A DNA stretch of 64,000 nucleotides from Spirochaetia bacterium (GCA_963666985.2 CAXXIA010000002.1:2496001-2560000); one strand, 5' to 3'; positions 48,870 to 59,596 are shown, counted from the first letter of the stretch. The notes: a model not told the origin generated them from the letters alone. Numbers and translations: made by a program.

Positions 48870-49933
48870 TCATCCACCTTGGTTGCCGTTATTGAAGAAG
48901 GAATAATTTTTTCATATTCCGCGCTACAGAGAATGTCTTGAGTCGGGCTGGTGAATTCATACTCGTCAATGTCCAATACAGGATCATTATCCGTATCCGT
49001 TAATGCATCCTGATACAGATCCTTCATCTTGATTGACTCACCGATGCTACGATTCAAGATCCACCATTGCAGTTTTTCTTCAACCTCGTCTTTAGTTGAG
49101 TTTCCGGAAAACTCCAAAATAAAATCCCGATTGATGGCCGTCGGCCCTAAGACAAGAGTGTCCCTGGCTACCAGCCTGGAATTAGCGATAGCCTCATTAA
49201 CCTTTTCGATTAATTCATCAGATGGAAGACCGCTGGTTGAGGCTACGACAACGTTGACGCTTCCCGGTCCTCTTGGTGCTCTGATAATCACCACATCCTG
49301 GACACCAGAGACTTCTCGGGCTAAGGTCTCATATTTTGAAGGCCGATTATCATCACCCTGGGCATCCCATTTGGCACTGATTCTGTCCTGCAAGGTTTCA
49401 TCGTCTTCTTCATCGGTACCGGACTGAGTAATCCAATCAGATGGAACGGCGACTGAATCCACGCCGGTTACAACTGAAGTAAAGGCGACCGAAGTTCCGG
49501 CTATGAGATTGTATTTTTCACCAACAAACTCGGCTTCAACGGGGATGTCAAATTCGCCAGAAACAAAGGATGTATCTTCTATCACTTTGAATCTGAGGCC
49601 GGATGTTGTCTTCAACCATTTCCCAGAGGTGACAGTTCCGGCCGAGTAGGCCGTGACTCGGAAATTGCCTTCTGTCTTCACCTGATCCGCAGGACTGATT
49701 CCAAGTTCAAGAGCCTTGATTTTCAAAATGAAACCGGTAGCCGATCTCCAGGTGATTTGAGTCGTAAAGAGATTCAGAATCTCCGAATAGACCTTATAAA
49801 AAACTCTTGCGAAAGTTTCCCAGATTGCGCGTAATTTCCCAGTACTCTTGAAGTTTTTAATGCCGGTTTCTTCCATCCCGATTTCGAGGATTTCTTCTCG
49901 GATATCATCAAGGCTCTTTTCTTCTATGGACAT
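48866..49933 (-). CDS. Baseplate J/gp47 family protein
   Basis: VEAEFVGEKYN, GTDEEDDETLQDRI, PRGPGSVNV. Confidence 0.88.
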   Translation of the reverse strand: MSIEEKSLDDIREEILEIGMEETGIKNFKSTGKLRAIWETFARVFYKVYSEILNLFTTQITWRSATGFILKIKALELGISPADQVKTEGNFRVTAYSAGTVTSGKWLKTTSGLRFKVIEDTSFVSGEFDIPVEAEFVGEKYNLIAGTSVAFTSVVTGVDSVAVPSDWITQSGTDEEDDETLQDRISAKWDAQGDDNRPSKYETLAREVSGVQDVVIIRAPRGPGSVNVVVASTSGLPSDELIEKVNEAIANSRLVARDTLVLGPTAINRDFILEFSGNSTKDEVEEKLQWWILNRSIGESIKMKDLYQDALTDTDNDPVLDIDEYEFTSPTQDILCSAEYEKIIPSSITATKVDE

Positions 49934-50314
49934 CTATTCCCCCAATAAATCCTTTAAATCAAAGAGCAGTTCTTCTTCATCCACCGAACCGTAGAGAGTG
50001 AAAACCAGATAGTATTTACCGCTTTCGGTGTTCACTCCGCTTTCAACGGTATCAGGATCAATCCGGATATCTTCGATGGCCGCAGAACGAAGAGCGGAAA
50101 CAACTGTGCTGTCACTCACATCGTTATCTTTGATCAGATCCCGAACACCCTTCCCGATGGTGGGAGCCCAGAGTAAGTCACCGGCGGACACCATCACCGC
50201 TTCTTTGACATCTTGAGCCACAACCTGTCCGTCCTGGGCGATTTCGATATCACCGTCTTCGGTGAAAACAAAATCATCATCATCGTCGACGTATAAATCT
50301 TCATACAGACTCAT
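49934..50314 (-). CDS. Baseplate protein (gp25/gp46-like)
   Basis: Precedes J; VAQDVKE...IEDIRIDP. Confidence 0.6.
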   Translation of the reverse strand: MSLYEDLYVDDDDDFVFTEDGDIEIAQDGQVVAQDVKEAVMVSAGDLLWAPTIGKGVRDLIKDNDVSDSTVVSALRSAAIEDIRIDPDTVESGVNTESGKYYLVFTLYGSVDEEELLFDLKDLLGE

Positions 50315-50544
50315 GTAATGCTTCCTGTTCCTGTACCGGTAACAGCCCCACCGGTGGCCGATGAGCCCGTTACGATCGTTGAGACAACAGCGGTCGATTG
50401 GATATGTGTAACGACTCTCTGTGCAATAAGGGCGGCCAGCTGATCGGCATATTCTTTTGCCGATATCCCGTCATCTTCAGACGCACTGAGAAAGAGGCTT
50501 ACTATGTCGGATTTCAGTTGCGTTTTCAGAACTGCGGCATCCAT
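50311..50544 (-). CDS. Small baseplate-region protein
   Basis: Translationally coupled 77-aa ORF ending in TGTGTGSIT. Confidence 0.55.
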   Translation of the reverse strand: MDAAVLKTQLKSDIVSLFLSASEDDGISAKEYADQLAALIAQRVVTHIQSTAVVSTIVTGSSATGGAVTGTGTGSIT

Positions 50545-50547
50545 ACT

Positions 50548-51129
50548 TCATGCCTCCAAGAGCTGAGCAAGCTCATCTTTTATGGCCTTCAAGGCACTCT
50601 GGGAATCCGGGGAGACAACATGCTGAGGCGGAGATCCAATCGTCTTAATGGCGGCAGTCTGATCAATAATCTTTTCAAGAATGGCCTTCAGTGATTGTGC
50701 CGAGGTTGCCAGCTCAAAAAGCCCGGAAGAAGAAATCCTGAATTTCGATTTTCCCTTCACAATGACCAGTTCCCTCTTGGCGAAATCTCCGCAGTTGTAT
50801 TCCTGTCCCCAAATCCCGGAGATAAAAGGAAAGGCGGCCGAGCCTTCCAGAAAATCAACGACGACCAGCATGCCGTCCTCCGGTGGAGCGTATATCCCTT
50901 CGCCGTTTTGTCCTGCCCAGATCGGGCTTATCGCCACATCACCAATAACCCGCTCAGTCTCCTCCAAAGTTGAGGCATCCAAGACCTTGACCGTTATTGA
51001 ATAGGTACCTTTCCCTTTACCGGCATTGACCTTCTCCACCTTGGCCAGTACCGGTTTTTCCCTATTGGGATCTGCTATATCAAGCCAGTTTTTCAAGATT
51101 TTTTTCAGCTCATTTGTCCCCGGTATCAT
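50548..51129 (-). CDS. Baseplate spike (gpV-like OB fold)
   Basis: GIYAPPEDGMLVVVDFLEG...PFI; ATG 51129. Confidence 0.7.
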   Translation of the reverse strand: MIPGTNELKKILKNWLDIADPNREKPVLAKVEKVNAGKGKGTYSITVKVLDASTLEETERVIGDVAISPIWAGQNGEGIYAPPEDGMLVVVDFLEGSAAFPFISGIWGQEYNCGDFAKRELVIVKGKSKFRISSSGLFELATSAQSLKAILEKIIDQTAAIKTIGSPPQHVVSPDSQSALKAIKDELAQLLEA

Positions 51130-51845
51130 GAGGCGCTCCAATAACACATTGTCCGAGACTGACGGGAAGAGAGAGAAATTAGAGAGCGGGTAATAATTCG
51201 CGCTACACCATCAACAGAAACACTCCTTCCGGCCAAAACCGGCAGAGCAAATGACGTCAACCGATCCCGGCTCTGCTGTAAAATGTTGGAACCTGTTTTG
51301 TACTCCACGGGAGAAGAGGGAAACGACGATTCGGGAAGGAAACAGAAACAATTATCCTGATCAAAAAAGGCGGAGTAGGTGCCATATTTATTCATCAGAT
51401 CAAGGAAGGAAAAAAGAGCTTCTTTCAAGGTACCGCGAAACGTGAAGCGGCTTATCTCAACATCCGCCACTTCTATGCTGTAGTTCTCAATTCCGCCTTG
51501 GGAAAGTATCTCAAGAAGAACACCTTGAGCACTCTCGTTGACAAAGGAAACATTAATATCGACGCCCGAAATATCCTGTTGCATGACAAGGCCGATACGA
51601 CCTTCGGATAAGGGCACAACCATTAACACCGGGCCTGTAAAAATGGTATGAAGTTTTCCTTCCGGGGAACGGAGAGAACAGACGACTTCATCGTCTTTAT
51701 CAAGCTCGTTTTCAGCCTTCAAAAAGATCATTTCACAAATGGGAGTTATCAGCGGCAGGCAGGTTGATAGTGTCATAATTGCGGGCCGAACATAGAAATT
51801 TGATCCGTTTTTTTTCAAAACCAAACGATAGGAGGATTCAAACAT
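51126..51845 (-). CDS. Baseplate hub-like tail protein
   Basis: Position before the spike; IFTG motif. Confidence 0.5.
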   Translation of the reverse strand: MFESSYRLVLKKNGSNFYVRPAIMTLSTCLPLITPICEMIFLKAENELDKDDEVVCSLRSPEGKLHTIFTGPVLMVVPLSEGRIGLVMQQDISGVDINVSFVNESAQGVLLEILSQGGIENYSIEVADVEISRFTFRGTLKEALFSFLDLMNKYGTYSAFFDQDNCFCFLPESSFPSSPVEYKTGSNILQQSRDRLTSFALPVLAGRSVSVDGVARIITRSLISLSSRQSRTMCYWSAS

Positions 51846-52399
51846 CAAAGCCCCCTATTGAGCATCTTTTCTTCAAGACGCTTTAGGGCCTGGACATCCT
51901 CTGAGTTATAAGAGGATGTCAATTCGGGATCCGGAAGTTCTTCTTCCTCGGAAGCCTGAGCCTGTTTACTTTCCTGAATGAGATCAATTTCGGGCTTATA
52001 CTCCCTGAACTTTAGCGCTCCGGTATACTCTTGTTTTCCCATTTGCTGGTCGGTCTGTAGACCGGAGAAAAAGGTTCTCGTAATCTTCCAGGCGGTAACA
52101 ATCGGTAAGTCGATTTCATAGATAATGGGGGCACCGGTAGAATCTGTTTTCTTGAAAAGCTCGACAACCTGAGCAAGCTTATCGGTCATGCTCTCTTTCT
52201 CATCACCAATAATTCGGATGTTGACCGAGATATCTCCGTCTTCCCAGCCTTTCAGCTGATACTTTTGACCGTTGGTTCCTTCGGTTGTTGCCGTATCGAA
52301 TATCAACTTGGAGCCTACCGAGGCCGAGACACAGAAGGCCGGTACCGCTTGAGGCGGATTACCAAGTTTCAGACCATCATCATCGAGAGAAATGATCAT
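51845..52399 (-). CDS. Tail tube initiator-like protein
   Basis: Directly after the tape measure gene; LKFREY motif. Confidence 0.5.
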   Translation of the reverse strand: MIISLDDDGLKLGNPPQAVPAFCVSASVGSKLIFDTATTEGTNGQKYQLKGWEDGDISVNIRIIGDEKESMTDKLAQVVELFKKTDSTGAPIIYEIDLPIVTAWKITRTFFSGLQTDQQMGKQEYTGALKFREYKPEIDLIQESKQAQASEEEELPDPELTSSYNSEDVQALKRLEEKMLNRGL

Positions 52400-54547
52400 C
52401 TAAAAGCCTCCCGCTTTCCGGAGCATCTCAATAAAGTCCATCGCACTCTGCATGTCTTCGGCCTGAACCGTCAGATGATCGATATGGATGATATTGTTTC
52501 CACCGGAGTGTCCGCCTTCTTTTGAGGATTGAAAAATGTTGTTTACAGACCGTTTAAAGATGCCTTCCGGAGGAATTAAAATATTACTTAAATCAACGGA
52601 AGAACCTTGTCTTTCTGCTCCGGCACTAAAGGTAGTTATCAAGGAGGAACCGGCGGCCGTCAGCCTCGATAACGGTCCTTTCTTGGCATCGCTATGAGGG
52701 AAGTATGCATCGGCGGCGGCAGCTGCTGTGTACGCGGATTGCTCAATGGCCGGACGGGCGGAATCCATACCTTCGGCCATCGTATAAACCGCAGCCGATC
52801 CCGAATCCTTACCATCGAAGAGTTTCCCCAGAACCGGGATCTTGGCAAGTTTCTCTTTAATCCAATCAACCCCTCCCGTGAAGATTGCCTTAATCCCATC
52901 CCATAGATTTTTGATCCACTCTAATCCCGCAGAAAATGGCGCTTTGATTTTTTCCCAAAGCATCCCGGCCTTTTCGCTGATAACATCCCAGTGCTTAATA
53001 AGCAAAACCCCGACAGCAATCACTGCGGCGACGGCGGCGACAATCAGTAGTATCGGGCCAAGAGTCGCCCAATTCGCGGCCGCCATGGCATACAGTTTCG
53101 GAACGGCCGCTACTGCATTCTTTCCCATTCCGAAAATTGCCGTTGCACCGCTCTTAATAAGCGATCCGGTTTTAGCGAAAGGCGTCGCAAGTAACGATGT
53201 CGCACTCCCCAGAAGCTTGGCATAACCTCCGGCATTGGCAGCCGCCGAAGAGAGAAGAGCAAACTGGCTTGTCAGTTGCAGGCCGGTTGAAACCGCCCCG
53301 AGTCCCGCCTGAGCGAAGACACCGACACCGCCGGCCGCCTGAACAAAGAATGAACCGACCTTTGTATCGAGGATGGCCGAAGACCAGCCCATGACCCCGG
53401 TTGCCATATCGGCCATGGACCGTTTCACAAAGTTCGAACCCTGGCCCATCTTGATCTGCCAGACAGAGGCGGCATTATTCATGCGGGCCATGCTGTCTTC
53501 AAAAGTATCCGCCTGCCGCTCGGCCATGGAGAGGGCCATACCTTGAGAGTTGGCCACCCCTTCGTACTGACCGGCTAATTTCTCCAGATTGGAACCGAGC
53601 AGGGTCACAGCTCTGACCCCTTCATCTCCAAAGGCGGACTTCAGGGCATCGGCGGACTCCAGGGAAAGCTCATCGAGCGGTCCCATCTTCGCCTGGATAT
53701 TTTCCAGAGTTTTGATGACATCAACACCGCCCTGATCGTTGAAAGCAACATCAAAATCCAATGCACCGGAGGCACTGGACATCTTGTTCATCATGGAAAC
53801 AAAGGCGGTACCGGCCATTGATCCCTGAAGTCCGGCGGTGTTCAATGCACCGATGGTCGTTGCAAGCTGAGCCGTTTCAACGCGGTACTGCTTCGCCGCC
53901 GGGATACCATACTTTAAGCCTTCGTTAAGCTGACCGAGATCGGCAATTTGAAAGGCTCCTTGAGTGGCGGCAACAATGTCGGAGAGTTCCGAAAGATCCC
54001 CGCCCAGGTTGTTGTACATCGTACCAAGCAGATTCCCGGCGGCACCGGCATCACCCATGGTGGCTTTCGCCAGAATGAGGGCTTGGCCGGTAGCATTGAT
54101 GGCATCCGCCGCATCAAGTCCGGCGGAAATCATGCTGTAGGTAACCTCTCCAAACTTCTTGGTATCGGCCGTTGCCGCCTTGGCTCCGCGTGAGGTGCTG
54201 GCAGACCACTCAAGGGAAGCCTGCTCAATGGCTTTGTAGGTTGCAGAGACATCACCGCCGATGGCGTTCTGCTCATTGAGCACCGAGTTAACGGCGGCCA
54301 TGGCCGCCTCAAGACCGGCGGCTTTTTGTGAGGGGACATCTAAAGCGGCCGAGAGACCCGCCCGAAGAGGCTCGGTCATCTGAGTCGCCATACTCAAATG
54401 AGCGGCAAGCTGGGTCATCCCATTGTCGTTATTCTTGATGTCCTCCAGAGCGGAGTTCATCCCGGCAAAGGCGGCCTTTGCCCCCTTAACCCCGCCGGAG
54501 AAACCATCAATGAAATTTAATCTGACCGATGTGATGAACTGACCCAA
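52400..54547 (-). CDS. Phage tail tape measure protein (TP901-type core)
   Basis: Ala/Gly-rich; GLQGSMAGTA; PHSDAKKGPLS; likely TTG start at 54547 after AAGGGA. Confidence 0.88.
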   Translation of the reverse strand: MGQFITSVRLNFIDGFSGGVKGAKAAFAGMNSALEDIKNNDNGMTQLAAHLSMATQMTEPLRAGLSAALDVPSQKAAGLEAAMAAVNSVLNEQNAIGGDVSATYKAIEQASLEWSASTSRGAKAATADTKKFGEVTYSMISAGLDAADAINATGQALILAKATMGDAGAAGNLLGTMYNNLGGDLSELSDIVAATQGAFQIADLGQLNEGLKYGIPAAKQYRVETAQLATTIGALNTAGLQGSMAGTAFVSMMNKMSSASGALDFDVAFNDQGGVDVIKTLENIQAKMGPLDELSLESADALKSAFGDEGVRAVTLLGSNLEKLAGQYEGVANSQGMALSMAERQADTFEDSMARMNNAASVWQIKMGQGSNFVKRSMADMATGVMGWSSAILDTKVGSFFVQAAGGVGVFAQAGLGAVSTGLQLTSQFALLSSAAANAGGYAKLLGSATSLLATPFAKTGSLIKSGATAIFGMGKNAVAAVPKLYAMAAANWATLGPILLIVAAVAAVIAVGVLLIKHWDVISEKAGMLWEKIKAPFSAGLEWIKNLWDGIKAIFTGGVDWIKEKLAKIPVLGKLFDGKDSGSAAVYTMAEGMDSARPAIEQSAYTAAAAADAYFPHSDAKKGPLSRLTAAGSSLITTFSAGAERQGSSVDLSNILIPPEGIFKRSVNNIFQSSKEGGHSGGNNIIHIDHLTVQAEDMQSAMDFIEMLRKAGGF

Positions 54548-54551
54548 GCTT

Positions 54552-55081
54552 TTATCCCTTAAACAAAGTGGCAAGGGCATCGATCAGGATGCCCTTTTCA
54601 ATATCCCTGACATACAAGGCTTCTTTGACTTTCCGATCCGCCTGACGTACCGTCAGGCTTGATATGTCATCTCCCAGAAAATGCTTCACCAAGAGACGGC
54701 GTTTATCGGATTTCGTTAAATCTTCTTGAGCGGAAGCACCTCCTTGGTAACTCCGGATAAAGGGTTGAGGTAGCTCTGAATAAAGGTGGAAACGGCATTT
54801 TGATAATTGCCTATTTCGTCCATGATGGATTTGGGGGTAGGAGCTACGATGAGCATTTGCATTATCATCCGGTTGGCCCCGACTTGGGATTTTTCGAATT
54901 GGGAGATATAGACATTCATCTCCTCTTCTTTGGGTTCCCTGAAGACAAACTGCAAATGATGATCCTTATTATCAACATCCGTGAATTTGTAATCGGCCAG
55001 AAAGAGCTCTCCATCATGTTTGCCTTTGGCTTCGATAATCAGCTTGTCGATCTTGGTGGTTTGTTTTTCCTCATTAGCCAT
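54552..55081 (-). CDS. Tail assembly chaperone: 121-aa form (stop 54716) and -1 frameshift form (stop 54552)
   Basis: Between tube and tape measure; in-frame C CCT TTA slippery site at 54764-54758; -1 frame is open to 54552. Confidence 0.7.
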
Positions 55082-55095
55082 TTCTTCGTTCCTTA

Positions 55096-55548
55096 TTAAA
55101 CGCGGCTGATAACCGCTTCTCCGTCATGCTTGATGGGCGCGGTTAGGGCACCTTCATATTCCCGCATCAGAGCTTTGTCGCTCTTGCTGTTGGAGAGACT
55201 TCGTTTATTGATGACAAACTCAAGGGTATCGGTCATGGCAACCTGAACCGAAGAGCCAAAGGTTACGGTCGCGGAAATGGGAAGAAGGTCGTTGTACACA
55301 CCGCCGGAGGAATTCATCTGCGTCTCGAAAACCTTGGCATCCGAGAGCGCCATCTTGAACTTCACCGTTCCCTTGTATTCACCCTCGGCAACACCGCCGG
55401 GAAGACCATTGGTTTTCGTGATTACCTCGCGGTCAACCTCGTCGTCGTAGTCGATGTTGTCCAGATACTGGGGCATTCCGCTGGGCAATACGGCCTTAAT
55501 GTGTACATAACTGTAGACCTGTCCGTTGACAGTTCCGGCTTTGCTCAT
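55096..55548 (-). CDS. Tail tube protein
   Basis: 150 aa after the sheath; VNGQVYSY, GEYKG. Confidence 0.7.
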   Translation of the reverse strand: MSKAGTVNGQVYSYVHIKAVLPSGMPQYLDNIDYDDEVDREVITKTNGLPGGVAEGEYKGTVKFKMALSDAKVFETQMNSSGGVYNDLLPISATVTFGSSVQVAMTDTLEFVINKRSLSNSKSDKALMREYEGALTAPIKHDGEAVISRV

Positions 55549-55551
55549 TTA

Positions 55552-56982
55552 TCAATCCTCCTCTAATGCGGGATTCTCAAACTGAATGGTTCCGCTGATT
55601 TCCGTGAACGACCCTCTGGGAGTGACGTATACCTTCTCCGTCACAACCGGATTGGAAAGGATGTTCTGATTAATGGACATCTCGATGCGACCGGAGGATA
55701 TTTCCTTATCCTTCTGCATGATCTTCAGCTGGGCTTCGCCTGCCGCCTTAACCGCTTCAAGCTGGGGAACCGATCCGTCATCGAGAACATCAAAGTTATC
55801 CTTAATAAAGGGGAACTGAGCTTCCCGAACCAGATTCCGTGCTTTGTTGAGCACGTCAATCCGGGTGCAGATGGTGAAGTCCGATCCGTCTTCACTCATC
55901 AACGTAGAATCATTGATGTACACGCCACTCTTCCCATCGTAATAACGGAAGGTTGCATAACCGGCATCTTCCAAAGAATCGATATGCGCCGAAGGGAAGG
56001 GATTGCCGTCGGCCGTCTCGGGCATAATTCTCTCCACGCCATCCACCGCACCCAGCTTGGTGGCTCCCGGAGAGAGGGCAATGTTGATGGCGAACATCCG
56101 GCCGATAATTTTTCCAAGACCGTTCCGAATATCCACGTAACCGGAAACATCGTTCTCCTCAATCCAATGCGCACAGACCATCAGGCGAACACTCGAAACG
56201 CTTCCCCGCTCAGTGCCGATCAGAGCCGCGACATATTCATCCAGGGTTTCACCTGAAGTAATGTAGCGGGCCATAGTGGAACCGGAGATATACTTATGAC
56301 TGGCTTCAGCCGCCAACAGCTTGGCGGCAAAGGCCGACCAGAAAGCGGCCTGAGTGACGGCGGCAACCGAGATGTGACGGATCAAATAGGAAGAGGCGAT
56401 CAGATCATCTACCGCCGCCAAAAGTTCCGCGTTCGATGCCGTGGGAGCCGTACTGGTGAAGCTGAAAGAATCACCGGCGGCAAAACTGACCCGCTCGCCG
56501 GTCGGAGATCCTGCGGAAAAAGTCAGAGTAATTCCGGCCTCACTGATGAGGTAGGCTCCGCTTTCGGGAACGGTGATGATTGAGGATTGGATTCCATCCA
56601 GAGTATAGCGGAAGGTCGCTTCATTCAGACCGCCTTCACCCTCGATATCTACCGAGACATCAAAGCGGTTGTAGGGAGAGCCCGAAACGGCTAAGCCGCC
56701 GACACCGGCATTACCTGAGCCCGCCGCAACGGCGCTTAATTCTCCGGCAGTGGAAGCGGCAAGAATCCGGCAGTACACCGGTGTATCCACCAGAGAGAAG
56801 ACCTGCTCAAGGAAATCCCTGATCGGGCTTAAGCCCGCTTTGGACTCATAGTTGTCTCTGGTAGCCAAAACAATGCCACTGACGGCCGCAGCACCTACGC
56901 CGACAACGGCCAAAATCCCGTCGGCTTCGGTTACTACACCGAGCCCACCGTCTTCTATCGTCAAATCAACATCTTTCCCCAT
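55552..56982 (-). CDS. Tail sheath protein (DUF2586-like)
   Basis: IEDGGLG, LEDAGYATFRYYDG, SDF...RIDVLNKA. Confidence 0.8.
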   Translation of the reverse strand: MGKDVDLTIEDGGLGVVTEADGILAVVGVGAAAVSGIVLATRDNYESKAGLSPIRDFLEQVFSLVDTPVYCRILAASTAGELSAVAAGSGNAGVGGLAVSGSPYNRFDVSVDIEGEGGLNEATFRYTLDGIQSSIITVPESGAYLISEAGITLTFSAGSPTGERVSFAAGDSFSFTSTAPTASNAELLAAVDDLIASSYLIRHISVAAVTQAAFWSAFAAKLLAAEASHKYISGSTMARYITSGETLDEYVAALIGTERGSVSSVRLMVCAHWIEENDVSGYVDIRNGLGKIIGRMFAINIALSPGATKLGAVDGVERIMPETADGNPFPSAHIDSLEDAGYATFRYYDGKSGVYINDSTLMSEDGSDFTICTRIDVLNKARNLVREAQFPFIKDNFDVLDDGSVPQLEAVKAAGEAQLKIMQKDKEISSGRIEMSINQNILSNPVVTEKVYVTPRGSFTEISGTIQFENPALEED

Positions 56983-56985
56983 GGC

Positions 56986-57210
56986 TTACGCCTCCTTTCC
57001 GTTCTTGGACGTCGAAACGGCTTCAGCTTTCTCCGGCTTTTTCCGGCCGTCGGAGGGTGCGTTTAAAAAGTCTTTGACAGCCTTTTTAAATACGGTCTCG
57101 GTAACGGTTTTACCGATGCCCCATTTTTTATCGATCTTTACGGCTTCCAGAATCGCAGTATCAACTCCGTTCTTTTCAGCCAACTCTTCAATGCTTTTCT
57201 TTTCACTCAT
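56986..57210 (-). CDS. Small phage protein
   Basis: ATG 57210 after GGAG; 74 aa. Confidence 0.55.
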   Translation of the reverse strand: MSEKKSIEELAEKNGVDTAILEAVKIDKKWGIGKTVTETVFKKAVKDFLNAPSDGRKKPEKAEAVSTSKNGKEA

Positions 57211-57709
57211 GCTCCAAATCTCCTTCAAGAGAACTAGGCTCACTCAATGGCAAACCGCTTTGAGTCAAACCGACATCCACACTGAACAGAATCCGTACGA
57301 CGCTGGAATACCGGTTATCCAGAGCCGCATCAAAGTCCGAATGCTCCTCCATCTCCGGTTCAATAAATCCTTGACGGTTATCCAGCGTGAAGAAATCCGG
57401 CAAGGCCGTAATAAAGTCGGAGAAGAGAATATCAACCTCTTCTTCACTGCGGCCGGTAATCGTGACGACCAAAGGCAGTTGCCGACGAGTTCTGACCTTA
57501 AGCAGTTTCCGCTCTTCATCAATGGTGATTACGGCCTCTCTTCCCATCGGGTCGGTGTACCGGCCGGTGCCGGTAATCATCGATGCGTAGGTGTTCTTGC
57601 CGCTGGTCTTAAGATCAACTTCCGCCTTTTTCGTGCGGGCAATAACACCTTCTGCAAGACCGGCTTCAATAAGAGCGGCGGCCGTCAAATCCTTGATTTC
57701 CTTGATCAT
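57203..57709 (-). CDS. Tail completion/terminator-like protein
   Basis: Synteny between the gpG-like gene and sheath. Confidence 0.5.
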   Translation of the reverse strand: MIKEIKDLTAAALIEAGLAEGVIARTKKAEVDLKTSGKNTYASMITGTGRYTDPMGREAVITIDEERKLLKVRTRRQLPLVVTITGRSEEEVDILFSDFITALPDFFTLDNRQGFIEPEMEEHSDFDAALDNRYSSVVRILFSVDVGLTQSGLPLSEPSSLEGDLEHE

Positions 57710-58155
57710 GCGGCAGCCTCCAGAAGGTTCCTAACATACGGATCTCTCATCAGCTCCCTGGGCCAATCATTTGAATGCCCAAGGTATCGCCGCTCGGGAA
57801 TCTCAACACTACGATTTCTCCCGGCCTTGCCTCCCAGGTTGTGAATCCGGGCATAGATCATGCTCGATCCCACAATGGCCGCAACGCCCGTGGACTTCTC
57901 CTCGACACTTTCCTGTAAGGTGCCGCCATCATGAAGAATCGGTCCGGAGCTTCGGCCCTTCCGACTCTTGATCGAGTCCCACCGGATTCCGGTTACCGGG
58001 TTCGTTTCATCTTCAAAAGCCTGCATGCTCAAAAGGTGAAGCTCACCACCGGCAAATTTCACAAGCTTTTCAATGTCGAAAATCGAGAGCTTATCCAGAA
58101 CCCGCATAACCTCACTCATGCCCTGGATATCGACGGTGATACCGGTTCCGGCCAT
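57706..58155 (-). CDS. Phage virion morphogenesis protein (Mu gpG-like)
   Basis: VGSSMIYARIHNLGG...IPERRYLG. Confidence 0.88.
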   Translation of the reverse strand: MAGTGITVDIQGMSEVMRVLDKLSIFDIEKLVKFAGGELHLLSMQAFEDETNPVTGIRWDSIKSRKGRSSGPILHDGGTLQESVEEKSTGVAAIVGSSMIYARIHNLGGKAGRNRSVEIPERRYLGHSNDWPRELMRDPYVRNLLEAAA

Positions 58156-58574
58156 CAGCAGAACCCTCGTACATCCATCTTTCGTCCGGTCTTGATATGG
58201 AACTTCTTTCCCGGCCGAGTACTCTTTTGGTCGGTTCCTTCAGCCGCTGTCGGGATTTGGAACTTGCCTATGGCTACGCCTTCCAGAAACCGAATAGCCG
58301 CCGCTTTTTTCGCGGCCAGCTCCTTATCGGAAGGAGCATCCGTGATGCCCCGAACAACCGCCAGATTGTAGAGGGCAATGGATACCGCATGATCTTTGAT
58401 ATGGTCAGGTACCGGAGAGAGCGGGACTGTATAGCCGCCTGAGAGCAAATAGCCGTCAATCTCGGATGAGGATGCCCTTATGGCTTTGGTGATTTTCGTC
58501 TCATCACCGCCGCTCCAGGAGTCGATCACTCCATCCCTTACGGCCGCTTCAAGGTCCGTCCTCTCGCAGTACAC
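58155..58574 (-). CDS. Head-tail adaptor (Mu gp36/DUF1320)
   Basis: YCERTDL, ASSEIDGYL...YTVPL, IALYNL, AIRFLEGVAIGK. Confidence 0.88.
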   Translation of the reverse strand: MYCERTDLEAAVRDGVIDSWSGGDETKITKAIRASSSEIDGYLLSGGYTVPLSPVPDHIKDHAVSIALYNLAVVRGITDAPSDKELAAKKAAAIRFLEGVAIGKFQIPTAAEGTDQKSTRPGKKFHIKTGRKMDVRGFC

Positions 58575-58588
58575 TTACCAATCCTTAC

Positions 58589-59557
58589 TTACACCAGAGA
58601 CTTCAATGAGTAGAGAAGCTCCGGAGAAACCACCCGCTCATCGGTTCTGGTGGCGACCTTTACGATCCGCTCTCCCTTCACACCGGCTTCCTTATCGTCC
58701 CAAGTGGTGACGACATAGCCCGAACCGTCGGCCTCGGAGTCTTTTACCTGGAAAGTGGAACCGGCACGATTTACAGCCAGATCGTTCTGCTTGTCATCGA
58801 CGTAGGCAAGCACCAGGCAGTTCTGCCAAATCTGAGAAAGGTCACTCATGGAGGTGCCGTTCTTGTTTTTCTTGGCAGGACCGACAATCCCGTCGGTAAC
58901 AAGAACCGTCTCGATTTCAAAAAGATCGGCGATGGTCTGAATGGTGACTCTTTTGGTGTTCTGGACTTCTCCGACGCGGCCGGTAAAATCCGAATGTCCC
59001 TGCATAACCCGCCATACATCCTTACTGATGATCATCATGTTCGGAGCAAAAAGGATGTTGTCGATGGCCGCCCGGATTTCGTCGTAAGGCTTACCGCCGC
59101 TCGAGGGCCATTTATTCCCCAATGCCGAACCGGTACCGGAAAGGGTTTTGTAACGACCGCTCTCATTTAAAACGACTTCCCGAATACGGACTTCCTGAGC
59201 CACTTCCAGCTTCCGGACCAAAGCTTGGACTTTGGTTTTCTCTTTCAGAGCGAAAGGCCCTTCCCGGTACTGCATGTCCTCGATGTCAAAACCGTCCTGC
59301 AAACCATGGGCGGCACAGGAGAGAGTCTTCTCTTCTCCTTCCATCCCAACCCGATGCGGCCGTCCGCCGTTTTTAGCCAGACTGGTATCGGGTACCACCA
59401 GGGAATCAAGGCCGAAGTAGGCATACTTATCGTCGGGTTTCTCAACCGGAACCCTGGGGAACAGCCGATGACCCACCAGCCCCTTGGCCAGTCTTTCCGA
59501 ATAATCCACCGCGAATCCGCTAAGGAGCGGATCAATATAACCTTTACTCTTGGGCAC
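58589..59557 (-). CDS. Major capsid protein
   Basis: IDPLLSGFAVDY...LFPRVPV; 322 aa; synteny. Confidence 0.8.
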   Translation of the reverse strand: MPKSKGYIDPLLSGFAVDYSERLAKGLVGHRLFPRVPVEKPDDKYAYFGLDSLVVPDTSLAKNGGRPHRVGMEGEEKTLSCAAHGLQDGFDIEDMQYREGPFALKEKTKVQALVRKLEVAQEVRIREVVLNESGRYKTLSGTGSALGNKWPSSGGKPYDEIRAAIDNILFAPNMMIISKDVWRVMQGHSDFTGRVGEVQNTKRVTIQTIADLFEIETVLVTDGIVGPAKKNKNGTSMSDLSQIWQNCLVLAYVDDKQNDLAVNRAGSTFQVKDSEADGSGYVVTTWDDKEAGVKGERIVKVATRTDERVVSPELLYSLKSLV

Positions 59558-59596
59558 GTTCTCTTCTCCTTCTTTTCAATTACTAACGGCCGTCAA

